Positions 11,539 to 26,395 of a stretch of 64,000 bases of DNA are shown piece by piece; the stretch's first letter is position 1; each line of letters begins with the position of its first letter. Origin of the DNA: an uncultured Solirubrobacterales bacterium (lineage in GTDB: Bacteria > Actinomycetota > Thermoleophilia > Solirubrobacterales > Solirubrobacteraceae); contig CAVRYP010000009.1 in the NCBI GenBank assembly GCA_963725525.1, forward strand, positions 417,111-481,110. The letters run 5' to 3'. Position numbers and translations under genes: made by a program. The notes beneath the pieces are model-generated. The model saw only the letters and a program-made list of their open reading frames with translations. It had not been told where the DNA came from and did not search any database.

Positions 11539-11916
11539 ATGCCCGACTACACCATCAAGCGCATCGACGAGATGGAGGGCGCCTTCGGCGGCGGCCTCAA
11601 GAAGGCCCGCGCCGAGCTGGGCGTCACCTCCTTCGGCATGCAGGTCGTGGACATGCCCCCGAACTACTCCGACTACCCCGAACACGATCACGCCGAGTCC
11701 GCCCAGGAGGAGGTCTTCGCGGTGCTTCGCGGCTCCGGCGAGGCCGACATCGAAGGCGAGCGCGTGGCGCTCAACCCCGACGTGCTCATCCGCATCGGCG
11801 CCGCCACCAAGCGCAAGATCTACGCCGGCCCCGAGGGTCTGCGCATGCTCGCCATCGGCGGCACGCCCGGAGCCGTCTACGAGATCGTGGAGTTCACCGA
11901 GCTCACCGTCGCGTAG
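11539..11916 (+). CDS. Cupin domain protein
   Basis: GAGGA RBS; ELGVTSFG, EHDHAESAQEEVFAVLRGSG. Confidence 0.8.
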   Translation: MPDYTIKRIDEMEGAFGGGLKKARAELGVTSFGMQVVDMPPNYSDYPEHDHAESAQEEVFAVLRGSGEADIEGERVALNPDVLIRIGAATKRKIYAGPEGLRMLAIGGTPGAVYEIVEFTELTVA

Positions 11917-11919
11917 CGT

Positions 11920-12970
11920 TCAGCGCGCCAGCGACGTCTCCCCGTCCAACGCCAGCGCCATCGCCGCAATCAGGCGGGCGCAGGCGTGGACGTCGCTCGA
12001 GCTGCACCATCTCCACCGGAGAGTGCATGTAGCGCAGCGGGATAGACACCAGCGCCGTGGGCACCCCGCCGCGGCTGAGGTGCACCGCGTCGGCGTCGGT
12101 TCCCGTGGCGCGCGCGGTGGCCTCCACGGTGAAGGGGATCTTCTCGCGCTCCGCGGTCTCATACAGCAGCTCGCACAACGCCGGATTTAGCGTCGAGCCG
12201 CGGCTCAGCACCGGCCCGGAGCCGAGCTCGTGCTTACCCGACTCCTTCACCTCGATCCCCGGCGCGTCGGTGGCGTGGGTCACGTCCACCACGATCGCCG
12301 CATCGGGCTCCAGCGAGAAGGCGCTCGTGCGCGAGCCGCCAAAGGTGATCTCCTCCTGCGCCGCCGCCACCGCCACCAGCTCCCACGGCGCGCCTCCCGC
12401 CTTCGCCACCAGACGGGCGGCCTCGAGCGCCACGAACGAGCCCAGGCGGTTATCGAGCGCGCGTGAGGCCACCCTGCCGCCCGGCAGCTCGATCGGCTCG
12501 CCCGCGATTACGGCGACATCGCCGATGCGCACGATTTCGCGCGCCTCTTTGCCGTTCTTCGCGCCCACGTCGATGTGCAGGTCGCGCACCTCCGCCACCT
12601 TCTTTCGCTCCTCCTCGCGCAGCAGGTGAATCGGCTTCTTGCCGATCACCCCATTTATCTCGCCTTTGCGCGTGGAGAGCACCACGCGCTGGCCCACCAG
12701 GATCTGCGCATCCCAGCCGCCCACCGGCGCGAACCACAGGTAGCCCTCGTCGTCGATGTGCGTCACGATCAAGCCAATCTCATCGATATGCCCCATCACC
12801 ATCAGCCGCCGCGCCGAGGACTGCTCGCCGTGGCGCGAGGCCACACGCGCGGTCGGGGTGCCCATCGTGTCGGTGCTCACCGCCGCGAACTTCTCCGCCG
12901 CCTTGCGCCACGCGGCCGCCGGGGCCGTCTCGTAGCCCGAGGGGCCGCGCGCGTTCAGCAGATCCCGCAA
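11920..12970 (-). CDS. M42 family metallo-aminopeptidase; frameshift near 3' end, start may be ~13005
   Basis: GPSGYE, GHIDEIG, ALDNRLG, QEEI, VDVTHATD, GTDAD, RYMHSPVE. Confidence 0.9.
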
Positions 12971-13019
12971 AATGACCGGGAGGCCAGCCTCCCTCCCCCG
13001 CCCACCCCCTGCCTGTACC

Positions 13020-15739
<2,720 letters not shown>

Positions 15740-15876
15740 GGGGCTCCTCGACTTGGTCTGGTCTTTAGGGACGTGTACCCCCAGTCTCTCAAAAGCAGTC
15801 GAGGAGGCGCAGGGACTCGGGGAAACGGGCAGGTCGGGTCTCCTGGGGGCCGATCCAGCTCCTCGGATTTGCTACA

Positions 15877-15924
15877 GGGGCCTTGTAGTACACAGGCTTT
15901 GTAGTACAAGGTCTTTGTAGTATT
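15877..15924 (+). repeat. Three direct repeats with 16-bp period (core TTGTAGTA) upstream of ATPase gene
   Basis: TTGTAGTA at 15883, 15899 and 15915; AT-rich in a GC-rich context. Confidence 0.7.
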
Positions 15925-15932
15925 CTGGGGCC

Positions 15933-17323
15933 GTGACGCTCCTGAAACTGATCGATCGCGAACGCGAGCAGGCGAGCCTCGCGCAGGCATGGGAACAAGC
16001 GAGAGCCGGGAACCCACAACTCGCGGTGGTGTGGGGCAGGCGCCGGGTGGGCAAGACCTTCCTGCTCTCCCACTTCGTCCAAGACCGCCAGGCGGTGTTC
16101 TTCGGCGCCACCCAGCAGGCCGAGAGCATCGAGCTCGCGCGCCTGACGGAGGCCGTGCGCAGGGACCTCGGCGAGCGGACGGCCGACCTCGCCGGAGGCC
16201 GCTTTTCCAGCTGGGAGGCCGCGCTGCGCTTCTTCGCGGCGCTCGCAGCCGACGAACCCCTGGCGGTGGTGCTCGACGAGGTGCCCTACCTCACCCGCTC
16301 CACTCCGGGACTGCCGAGCATCGTGCAGGCGGTGTGGGATCACATCGCCGCCCACACCAAGCTGATGCTGGTGCTGACCGGCTCGGCGATCGGCATGATG
16401 GAGGCGATGGTCGGCGCCGGTGGAGCGCTGCGGGGCCGCCCGACGCTCGCGACTCAGACTCGGCCCGCTCGATCCGCTCCAGGCCCGAACATTCCTCCCT
16501 CGTCTGGACCGAGACGGCGTTCCTCGAAGCGTACGCAGCGTGTGGCGGGTATCCGCTGCACCTGCGCGATTGGGATCAGGACGCCACAACCGAGGCCAAT
16601 CTCGTCCGCCTGGGGGGTACGCTGGGTGGGATCCTGCTCGAGGACGCCTCCGGGATGCTCGCCGAGGAGCTGCCCCACGACAGCGGATACCCTCGCGTCC
16701 TGGCGGCTATCGGACGGGGCAGGACGCGCTTTGGGGAGATTGCCGCGGAGAGCGACCAGCGCGTGGAGCGACCGCTGGAGATCCTCGCGCGCGCCGGCCT
16801 CATCGCCAAGGTGCTGCCCGTCGGCGCACCCAGGGGGGCGCGCGCGAGCTATGAGATCGCCGACTCCTATCTGGCCTTCTGGTTCGGCGTGCTCTACTCC
16901 GAAATCCCGCAGATCGAAGCCGGCCAGGGTCGATCGGTGATCCGCAGGAAGGCGCCTGAGTGGCAGCGTCATCTCGGCGCGGTCTTCGAGGAGGCGGCGC
17001 GGGCCCACGCGGGGCGACTCGTTCAGCGTGGGGAGCTGCCCCGAGACCTCGTGGTCGGACGCTGGTGGACGGTGCGCGGGGAGCCATGCGAGGTCGATGT
17101 GCTGGGGCTCGGCGAGGCCGGGACGGTTCTGCTTGGCGAGGCCCGCTGGCAGGCTCGGCCACTGGGCCGCCGCGAGCTGGCACGCCTGCGAGAAAAGGCG
17201 ATACGGGTTCCCCGCCCTGTCGCGGATCCCACCTTCGCCCTGTGGGGACGTGGGGGCGTGGAGGACAGCGTCACGCGCGAAGGCGCTCTCGGATTCTCTA
17301 TACGGGACGTGCTCGCGCCGTAA
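15933..17323 (+). CDS. Archaeal-type AAA ATPase with winged helix and DUF234 domain; frameshift near 16455
   Basis: IDRERE, WGRRRVGKT, VVLDEVPYL, LTGS, CGGYP, YEIADSYLAFWF, VGRWW...EVDV...GEARW. Confidence 0.85.
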
Positions 17324-17327
17324 TGGC

Positions 17328-18383
17328 TCAGGCCGCGCGCGTCACGCGGCCCTTGCCGTTGCGCTTGCCGTGCAGCAGCGCGGCGTCGCAGGCGTCGAGC
17401 AGCTCGTCGGTGCTCATCGGCTCACGCCACTGCGCCACGCCGATCGAGGCGCTCACGCCGGGGACGACATCGAAGGAGGCCACCCCCAGCATGCGCTCGC
17501 GCGCGCGCTCGGCGGCGATGCCCGCGCGCTCGAGGTCGGCGTCGGCGAGGATCACCACGAACTCATCGCCCCCATAGCGCGCCACGCGATCGAAGGCACG
17601 AAACTCGCCCATCAGCGCATGGGCCACCCCGCGCAGCACCGCATCGCCCGCGGAGTGGCCGTGGCGGTCATTCACCTGCTTGAAGTTGTCGAGGTCGATC
17701 AAAAGGCACGAGAGCCGCCCGCCGGTGCGCGTCGCGCGGGCGATCTCTTCATCCAGGCGCCTGCGCATCGCGCGGTGGTTCATGCAGTCGGTCACCGGGT
17801 CGGTGCCCGCCTCCGCGCGCGCGCGCAGGAGCGCCAGCGCCGTCGCCGCCTGATCGACGAGCGTCGCGGCGCGCTGCATCGCGCGTCCATCGAAGGGCTC
17901 GGGGCTTTTGCGCGTGAGGATGCACACCGCCTCCACCTCGCCGCGCACCGCTAGCCCCAGCAGGAGCGCGGCCCCAACGCCGCCGGAGACCGCCAGGCGG
18001 GGGACGCTCGCGGCCAGCTCGCGCGCGCCCGTCACGACGACGCTCTGGCCGGTGCCGGCCACCCAGCTGACGCCCGGCGGGCGCTCGGCGTGCGGGGCGC
18101 TGTAGCTCAGGCGCCCTTCGCCGCCGAACATGTAGACCTCCACCCGGTCCTCGCCCTCGCACAGGCGGTGCAGCTGCACCTCTTCGCAGGCCAGCTCCGC
18201 GAACAGCTCCGCCGCCAGCGCGCGGAAGATCTCCTGCGAATCGCTCGCGCTGTCGGCGAGGCGCGTGAGGCGCCGCACGCCCGCGAGCAGCGAGTCGGCG
18301 TCAGCGATGGGCCGTGCGCCCGCGCCGGCCACCGCCGTGCCCATGCCCATCCGCTCGTGGGTGTCCGTACCCGCGCCTGCCAT
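17328..18383 (-). CDS. GAF-domain diguanylate cyclase
   Basis: TDPVT..NHR, DLDNFKQVNDRHGHSAGD, RAFD I-site, RYGGDEF. Confidence 0.88.
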   Translation of the reverse strand: MAGAGTDTHERMGMGTAVAGAGARPIADADSLLAGVRRLTRLADSASDSQEIFRALAAELFAELACEEVQLHRLCEGEDRVEVYMFGGEGRLSYSAPHAERPPGVSWVAGTGQSVVVTGARELAASVPRLAVSGGVGAALLLGLAVRGEVEAVCILTRKSPEPFDGRAMQRAATLVDQAATALALLRARAEAGTDPVTDCMNHRAMRRRLDEEIARATRTGGRLSCLLIDLDNFKQVNDRHGHSAGDAVLRGVAHALMGEFRAFDRVARYGGDEFVVILADADLERAGIAAERARERMLGVASFDVVPGVSASIGVAQWREPMSTDELLDACDAALLHGKRNGKGRVTRAA

Positions 18384-18430
18384 ACCCCCAATCTAGGCGA
18401 TGGGGCGGCGCGAGTCCAATCGCAGGGCGC

Positions 18431-21400
18431 TCAGCCCCGGAAGGTCACCGTTACGTGCGTCACCGAGGAGGGGCTCTTGTTGGAGGGAATGAAGCCCACG
18501 CGCACCTTCACCTTGAGGTTGTGGTTGCTGCGCGCCAGCGCCTTCACGCCGCCGTTCGTGAGCGGCACCTTGAGCGTGATCTTCTGGGCCTTCGAGGTGT
18601 GGCGATAGGTCGTCTTGAGGTTCGCTCCGCTGCCGCTCACGCGCCCCGCGGAGGGCGTCTGCACGGTGAGGATCGCCATGTGGTTGGAGGTCTTGTGCGC
18701 GGTCACCTTCACCGAGCACCCCGCCACGACGATCGGCGTCTTCTGGCTGATCACGGCGCCGCTCTGCGCGGTGATCGTGGTTGGCATCGTGAGCGCCTTT
18801 GCGCACAGGCTGCCATTGGACGCAAGCGCCGAGTTGGGGCCGGTGGGGAGGTTCAGTTCGAACGCCGACACCGGCACGTCGGGCACCGCGGCGAAGGTGG
18901 AGGTCGTGACCCCGTTGGTGATGTTGGTGTTTCCGACCAGGATCGTCTCCACGCCATCGCTGCCATTGAGCACGAGATCGAGATCGGGGAACGCGGCGCC
19001 TCCGTGGGAGACGAAGAACGCGGGACCCGTGAGCTTCACCGGCAGCACCGGCGTGGTGACCGTCGCCCCGCCCACGCGCGAGTTGGAGGGGCAGGCAAAG
19101 GGGTTGGCGTTGAAGACCGCTTCCTTGCACGCGTGCTGCAGCGTGGAGAGGCGCGAGGGGAGCTGCTTTGGCAGCTGCACCTTCACCGAGCGGATGTTGG
19201 CCTGCGGACCCGTGGGGTAGCCGATCTTCACGCCCAGGGCGGCGCCGATCGACTTCGAGGTCTTCGCGTTGGAGGAGGCCGTGAACTTGGGCTTGAATGC
19301 CAGCGCGCTGCAGTTGGCCGCCTGGAAGGGACTCGAGAGGTTCTGCGTGGCCCCAAACGTCGAGGTGAGCGCGCTTTCGGTGGCGAGCACGCCGCAGTTG
19401 GTGGGGTTGATGAGGAAGCCCTGGCGGTTGATCGCCACGGCGAGCTTCTTCAGGCGCAGCGGCACGCCCTTCACGATCGTGGGCAGCTGGCTGGAGATCG
19501 TGACGCGCGCGGTGAAGGGGTTCACCGTGAGACCCGCGCGCACCACCACCAGGCCGAAGTTGAACGGTCCGCTGGCCGCCGCGACCTCAACGGTCATCCC
19601 GTAGGGCGCGCCGCCCACCGGGCCGGTGAGGAAGACCGGGCCCGTGAACTGCGTGGGCGTGGGGCCCGAGCCAACCTGTGTCACCGCCGTGCCGATCTGG
19701 CTCGCAAACGGACATTCGCCGTTGGTGGCCTGCGGCTCGGGGCACAACTGCGGCACCGACGGGATCAGGCCCACGAGCCCCGCGGGGAGCGTGGTGGCGA
19801 CCTTTGAGAGGTACTGCTGCCCATCGCCGCGTTCGAGGTTCAGCGTGAACGATGTCTGCGCGCCGGCCGTGGTGGGGTTGCTCTGCGTGTTCTGGCTCAG
19901 CGAGAAGGGCAGCGGCGAGGCGCAGCTGCCCCCGCTGCCGTTGCTGTCCACGGTGAAGGCGCTGATCGGCCCCACCGCGGGCGTGCCGGTGTAGGGAGCG
20001 AGGCTGGTGCTGGTCGTGGCGACGCCGCAGGAGAGCGGGTTGCCAAGCGGCGCGAGCGGCCCGCCGGTGAACTTCAGGATCAGGTTGCTGAAGGGCTGTT
20101 CGGGGTTTTCGTTGAACAGCGCCGTGAGGCGGCCCGTCGTTTCGTTGGGCACGATCTGACCCTGCAGGCGCACGGAGATCCCGTAGCGCGTGGACTCCAC
20201 GTCGAGGTACACCGTGAAGGGGGGTCCGGTGATCGGTGCGATCGCGCCGCCGCTTTCGGGACCGCCCAGATACATCGCTCCCGTGAGCGAGCCCGCGGGC
20301 AGCCCTGGCACGTCGAGCGTCGCGGTGCGCGACCTTCGAGCCGGCGGGACAGGTGACGCGGTTCCTTGGTGTGGATGCCGATCTGCTTGGGCGTGCATGC
20401 TTCAAGACCATGCGCCGCGGAGGGATTGAGCGTCATCCCTTCGGGCAGCAGGATGCTCGCGGTCTTCAGCTGCGCCGAGTCGAGGTTGGCGGGGTTGGGG
20501 TCGTGCGGGAGCACCAGTTCGGTGGTTGCGCCATCGGGCAGATCGGACTGCGTCGTTTCCGGCGCGAGCGAGAACGTCGGCGCGAAGGGGACCAGCGCGA
20601 AGGGGGGCAGGCCGTTGCAGCCTTCGGTGCCCACGGGCACGGTGTAGGAACTCGAGGCGTTTGCCCCTTCGTAGGATTCACCGCTCCAGCCGGTGGTGCT
20701 CGCGGGCCCGGCGCCCAGGCAGCTGCTGGGGTTGCTCACGAAGGCGCCGTTTTCGAGCGGACCGTTGTTGCCAAAGAAGGTGAGGCGCGATTCGAGCAGG
20801 CCGGGCGTGATGTTGTGAATTTCGAAGAGGTCGTGATAGTCGCTCGCCCATTCGACGTGCCCCTCGATGAAGGTGTGCACGAAGACTCCCGCGCCAACCT
20901 GCAGCGCCACGCCGAAGTACGAGGACATGCCGGTGGGCTGTTCGAGGTTGTAGACCTTCCCCGTGAGCGGCACATCCGCGAATACACCCGCAGCGACTTC
21001 GAGCACCGTCGTGACTTCGTTCTTGCCGATCACCGTGCTCCCAGCGCCGCTTTCGGCACATTCGGGCGCGGCAAAGAGATGCTTCACCGGTTCCACTTCG
21101 GTGGAGGTGAACTTTTCCACCGAGCACTTCGCCACGGCCTCGGGGTTCGTGCTCACCCCCGGCGCCACGTCGATGCGAAGGTTCTTGAGGTTGCCTTCGG
21201 GCGCGGACGCGGGAAAGGGCACCGTCTGGATCTGCCTGCGCTTGAGCTTGAAGTCGGTGACACCAAAGGGAGGATGCCCCGATGCCTGCGTGTAGGCCTG
21301 TGCTTCCGCGTTCGCCTTTTCTTCCGCAGGCGACGCGGCCTTGTTGCAGGTTTCGATCTTGCAGTTGGACGCGAAGAAGCTTTCCAGCCCGAATTCAGGC

Positions 21401-21483
21401 GCGGCCTGAGCGGCGGATGCGAAGATGGCCATCGTCGCACCAACCATCAGCGCGAGGAGCGAAACGCGAGCGGGGGACCTCAT
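18431..21483 (-). CDS. Large secreted Cys-paired repeat protein (paralog 1); frameshift near 20350
   Basis: Signal peptide MRSPARVSLLALMVGATMAIFASAAQA; shares NP.SC, LP.GM...PS.A.GL.AC, P..PFS.L.L.F, LPSRL.TL..AC, VSHGG.AFPDL and PDVPVS.FELNLP.GP.S with 53040 and 59386. Confidence 0.8.
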
Positions 21484-21553
21484 TACCAACCTCCCTATTG
21501 GACAGGTGGTCTCTACCCGCTTTTCGAGAGTTCTAACCGATGCAACCGTTCCG

Positions 21554-22674
21554 TCACCACTGCAGGAGCATCAGCCCAACGGTGATCCCGGGCCGATCGT
21601 CACCATCAGCCCCAGTTCGCCGGGCTCGGGCGCGCGCTCGTCGATCGTGCGCTTGAGTACATACAGAATCGATGGCGTACCGACGTTGCCGTGATTGGCC
21701 AACACGTCATAGGAGATCCCCACCTGCTCGTCGCAGAGTTCGAGGGCGCCCTGCACACTCTCGATGATGCGCCGCCCGCCGGGGTGCACGAGCCAGTGAT
21801 CGATCGCGGCAGGGGATAGATCCTGGGCGCCGAGGAAGTCCTCCACGAGCGCCCGCAGCCCGGCGCCTGCCCGATCCGGAAGGTCGCGGTCGAGGTGCAG
21901 GTAGCTGTCCTCGGCCGCCAGCTCCAGCTTGACGGCACCAAGGGAGCGCCCGATCTGGTGCACCTTGGAGGCCATGATCTGCGGGCCCTCGGCCTCGGGT
22001 GAGCCATCGAGCAGCGCCACGGCGCAGCCATCGCCGAAGATCGACGAGCCCACGACCTTGGCGCGGGTGTCGTCCGCGGAGGCGCGCATCAGGATCCCCG
22101 CCATGCTCTCGGCGGCCACCACGAGGCCCTTGCGATCGGGGTGCTCGCGCATCGACTGCGCCACGAGGCGCATCAGCGGCACGGCGCTCGCGCAGCCAAC
22201 ACCGAGCACGTGGTACTTGTCGGTGGAGGGGTCCATCTCGTAGTGATCCACCATGCGGTGCGCCAGCGTGGGGCCTCCGAGCGAGTAGAGCGTCGCGGTC
22301 ACCACCGTGCCGATCTCCAGCGGATCGACCTCGAGGCGGTCGAAGGCCTGCACGGCGTAGCCGAACAGCTCCTCCTCGATCTGCGCGGTGCGCCCCTGCA
22401 GCGTCGTCGCCAGCGACTCGCCGCTGAGGTTGAGGTGGCGGCGCTGCACCCCGCAGCGGCCGAAGATGCGCTCGGCGAACTCGTCGCCCTTCATCTCCAG
22501 CATCGTGAGAACCTCGTCTTGGGAGAAGGACATCTCCGCGTCGGCGAGCTCCAGACCGCTGATGCGCGGGCCCGCGGGCGGCGCCCCGCGCAGGGGCGTG
22601 GCCGTGGGCGTCGATTGGACGGAGGGCTGCGCCAAGTGGGGGACGATACCGGAGTAACCCGCAGACTCGCGCAA
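21554..22674 (-). CDS. Type III polyketide synthase (chalcone synthase-like); start uncertain
   Basis: Cys-His-Asn triad: GVGCASA, VHPGG, HGNVGTPSILYVL; also SIFGDG; 1-base correction gives end TIGPGITVGLMLLQW*. Confidence 0.85.
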
Positions 22675-22706
22675 CGGAGCGCCGCCAAGAGCCTGTGAAG
22701 GCGCGC

Positions 22707-24548
22707 TCAGCCGCTGATCGCGGGCGAGGTGCCGAGCACCGCGCCCGCGCCGTCGAGCGCCTGCACCGCGACGTAGGGGCGCCGTGGTGGGAGCGGCGAT
22801 CGTCGTCTCAAAGCCGCTCTTGGTGGCGCTCGCGACCGGGCGCCAGCGCGCTCGCCGAGGGGCCGGCGAGCACCCGCCAGGAGGCGACCGCGGTGGCGCC
22901 GTTCCAGCTCACCGACACCGATCAGCCGCCGCCCGAGCCGGCCTCTGCGCGGCGATCGAGGGCGCCGCCGTCGGCTGGCGCGCTCCAGGGCGCCAGGTAG
23001 GTCCTGAAGTTCTGGACGTTCTTGCCGAGCGTCGCGTCGAGCAGGACGTGGCCGCAGGCGTCGAACTCGGTGAAGTTGGGCAGCCCGCCGTAGCCGAGCA
23101 GCCAGTTCGCCGCCGGGCAGGCTGAGCGTGTTGCCCTGGCTTTCGGCCAGCAGCGTCGTGCGTGGGGTTGATGAATGCCTTCACGAGCGTGACCGTGTGG
23201 CGTGGCGGTGTCGGGGCGCAGCAGCAGCCCGCGCGACTGCTTCTCCTTCGGCGGGTCCGAGCCGTTGTCGAACACCGAGATGAGCCCGCCCGGCTGGAAC
23301 TCGGCGTCGTGCTGCCAGTAGAAGCGGCACGCCGGCCGAGCTGGAAGCTGGCTGTGATCGCCGCCGAGCCGCCAGCGGAAGCCGCCGCTGTGCAGGTCCA
23401 CGTCGTACAGCGTCCACGTGTTGCGCGCGGAGAGCAGCACATCGCCGGAGGAGCCGGGGTCGATCGAGTTGACGTGGATGTAGTCCCACGGGTAGGAGGA
23501 GTGCTGCGGCGGGGTTGTTCGATTCGCCGATCGGGATGTGCCCGAGCGCGTGCCACTCCCACATCACGAGGCCCGTCTTGACGTCGATCTCCTGCACGAC
23601 CGAGTCGGTCGAGGATGCCGTTCGGCGGAGCCGTGCGCGGCGGAGAGGTTCATGTGGATCGGGTCGAAGGCGTCGATCCACGCGGTCCCCTGCGGGGTGA
23701 GGCGGATCTCGTGCAGGTCGGCGTGATAGCCGTTGCCCGCCCGGATGCGTCGCGAGCGGCTGGTAGGAGCTGTCGTAGATCACGTCTTCGCCCTCGCCCG
23801 AAGCCCACCTGCAGGATGCGCCCCTGCCACCACGCGAGGACCGGCTGGCCCTGGTACTGCTGCGACCTGGAAGTTGGTCGCGACCTCGTGCGCGGGGAGC
23901 GGGTGAAACCACACGAGGTTGCCCGCGCTGGTCGACGATCATCGGTCCCGGCGCGCCCGCGCCCTGATAGGGGGCGAGGAACAGATCGCCGCTCGCCGCG
24001 CCCGGCTGAGCGGGCGACGTGATGCGCACCGTCGAGGGCGCGAGCGAGGGCGCCGAGCGGTAGTGCTGGACCGCGCGCGGGTCGCCGGGGTTGTTGGGGA
24101 ACTCGCTGCGGCTGACCGCCGCCTGGTGCGCGATCGTGAAGGTCGTCGCGGCAGCCAGCGCGGGGCCGCCCGCCCTGCTGCACACGCGCGCTGACCGTCA
24201 CGCGCTCCCCCGCGAGGAAGGGATGGCGCGGGCAGGAAGCTCTCGCCGGTGCCCGTCGAGTAGGCGCGCGAGGCGCCCGGAGTGGCTGCCCGAGCGCGAG
24301 CCACGAGCGCTCACCGAGAGCACGCGCAGGCCCGCTGCGCCGAGGAAGCAGATCTGCGTGGCAGGCGAGGCGTCGGGGGTGCCCGGAAGCGGCGAGACCG
24401 TCACCGGGTTGGCCGGCCGCGGCGGCGACGGAGGCTTTGTCATCCAGCGCGAGCGGCGCCGACCGCCTGCAGGAGCCCCCGCACGCGGAGAGGGCGATGC
24501 CCACCGCGGTGAGTCCCAGCACGCCGGCCGAGCTCTGCCTCGCCCCAT
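22707..24548 (-). CDS. Arylsulfate sulfotransferase (ASST-like) lipoprotein, heavily frameshifted
   Basis: Lipobox IALSAC; pieces WWQGRI, DLHEI, QEIDVKTGLVMWEWHALGH, YIHVNSID, LLSARNT, WQHDAE, FDNG, FTEFD, SWNGAT. Confidence 0.75.
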
Positions 24549-24599
24549 CAACCCCGCTCTCCCGCCTCGATGACGACGGGAATCGTAAAGCAGCCTCCC

Positions 24600-26330
24600 A
24601 GCGGCCAGCGCCGCTCGCCGGAGAGTCGAAAGCTGCACCACCGCGGGTGGGCGCCGAGGTGCCGCAGGAGCGGGCGGGGTGGGCTGGGGATTTTTTTTAG
24701 GAGGGGGGGTCGCGTCGTGGGGGGCCTGCGCGGCTGCCGAAACCGCAGCGGACTCGGAGCGGTGGCGGGGGGGCGGGGGCGACCGGAAGCGGATGGACCG
24801 TCGCGCCCGTCGGCGGCGGCACAGCGGGCGGGATCGACCGGGGCGTACGCGCGGGATGAAGCGAAATGCGATTGCCGCGCCGATCGCGGCGAAGCCCGCG
24901 GAGATCAGGAAGGCGAGGCGAAAGCCGTTGGTGAGCGCCATCAGCGGCGGCTGATAGTCGCTGGAGATCAGGTGCGCCGTGTACTGGGTGCCCAGCGAGG
25001 TGAGCAGCGCAAGGCCGAGCGCGCCGCCCATCTGGCGTGAGGTGTTGACGAGCCCGGAGGCGAGGCCGGCCTCGCTCGGGGCGCACGCCCGCGGTGGCGG
25101 CGATCGTGGCGGGAACGAACGCGAGGCCCACGCCGATCGAGGCGAGCAGGCCGGGGAGCAGCAGATCCTGGCCGTAGCCGCCGTCGACGGTGATGCGCGC
25201 GAACAGCGCGAGACCGGCGGCCATCAGCGTGAGGCCCGACGCCGAGCACGGGGCCGGCGCCGTAGCGCCCCACCAGGCGCCCCGCGCGCGTGGCGCAGAC
25301 CATGATCGTGAGCGCCATCGGCAGGAACGCGAGGCCGGCGCCGATCGGGGTCATGTGCAGCACGAGCTGGAGGTAGAGCGAGAGGAAGTACCACATCGGG
25401 AACAGCGCGGCGCTGAACGTGAGCACGATCAGGTTGGAGATGCGCAGCAGGCGGATCGAGAACGCGCGCAGCGGCACCAGCGGGTCGGTGGCGAAGCGCG
25501 CCTCGATCACGACGAACGCCACCAGCAGCACGAGCCCGAGCACGATCGGGCCGAGCGCTTGCAGCCGAACCCCAGCTGTCGGCGCCGGCGCTGACGATCC
25601 CGTACACCAGCGCGAGCAGCCCGCCGGTGATCGAGAGCGCGCCGGCGAGGTCGAACGAGCCGGCGCCCTCGCGGCGGCGTTCGGCGACGGCGGCGCTCGC
25701 CACCAGCGCCGCGCCGATTCCGATCGGGATGTTGATGAGCAGGATCCAGCGCCAGCCGAGCGTCTGCGTGATGACCCCGCCCGCGAGCACGCCCGCGGCG
25801 CCGCCGGCGCCGCTCATCGCCCCCCACAGGCCGATCGCGCGCAGCCGTTCGGGGCCGGGGGCGAAGGAGGAGTTGATGATCGCCAGCGAGGCCGGCGCCA
25901 TGATCGCCCCGCCGAGGCCCTGCAGCGCGCGCGCGCCGATCAGCATCCCCTGGCTCTGGGCCACGCCGCCCGCGAGCGAGGCGAAGGCGAACAGTAGGAA
26001 GCCGGTTATGAACACGCGCCGCTGGCCGAACAGATCGGCGGCGCGGCCGCCGAGCATCAGAAAGCCGGCGAAGGTGACCGCGTAGGCGTTGACGATCCAC
26101 TGCAGGTCGATCGCCGAGAAGCCGAGGGCCGCGCGGATCGAGGGCAGCGCGACGTTCACGATCGAGACGTCGAGGATGACCATGAACTGCGCCGTGCAGC
26201 ACACCGCCAGCATCAGCGCGTGGCGCGAGTGCGCGGCCCGGCTGCGCCTGCGCTGCGGCGGCGCCCGCTGGCGGGGCGATCTGAGCGTGGGCGGACTGCG
26301 GCCGCCAGGCCGATCGCCGTGGGCCTTCAC
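24600..26330 (-). CDS. DHA2 (EmrB/QacA) MFS transporter, frameshifted; 3' end approximate
   Basis: QFMVILDVSIVNVALPSI, GGRAADLFGQRR, WRWILLINIPIG, QMGGALGLA. Confidence 0.85.
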
Positions 26331-26395
26331 GGAGGTCAGGACGGGCGGCGGGATAGAGGGCGGCGGTGCTCAGCCGTGCTTGAGGGCAAGCCTCG

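Noticed and set aside
15877-15924. CRISPR-like array
   Set aside because: Units are 16 bp with no spacers and no cas genes; no CRISPR seen in the window
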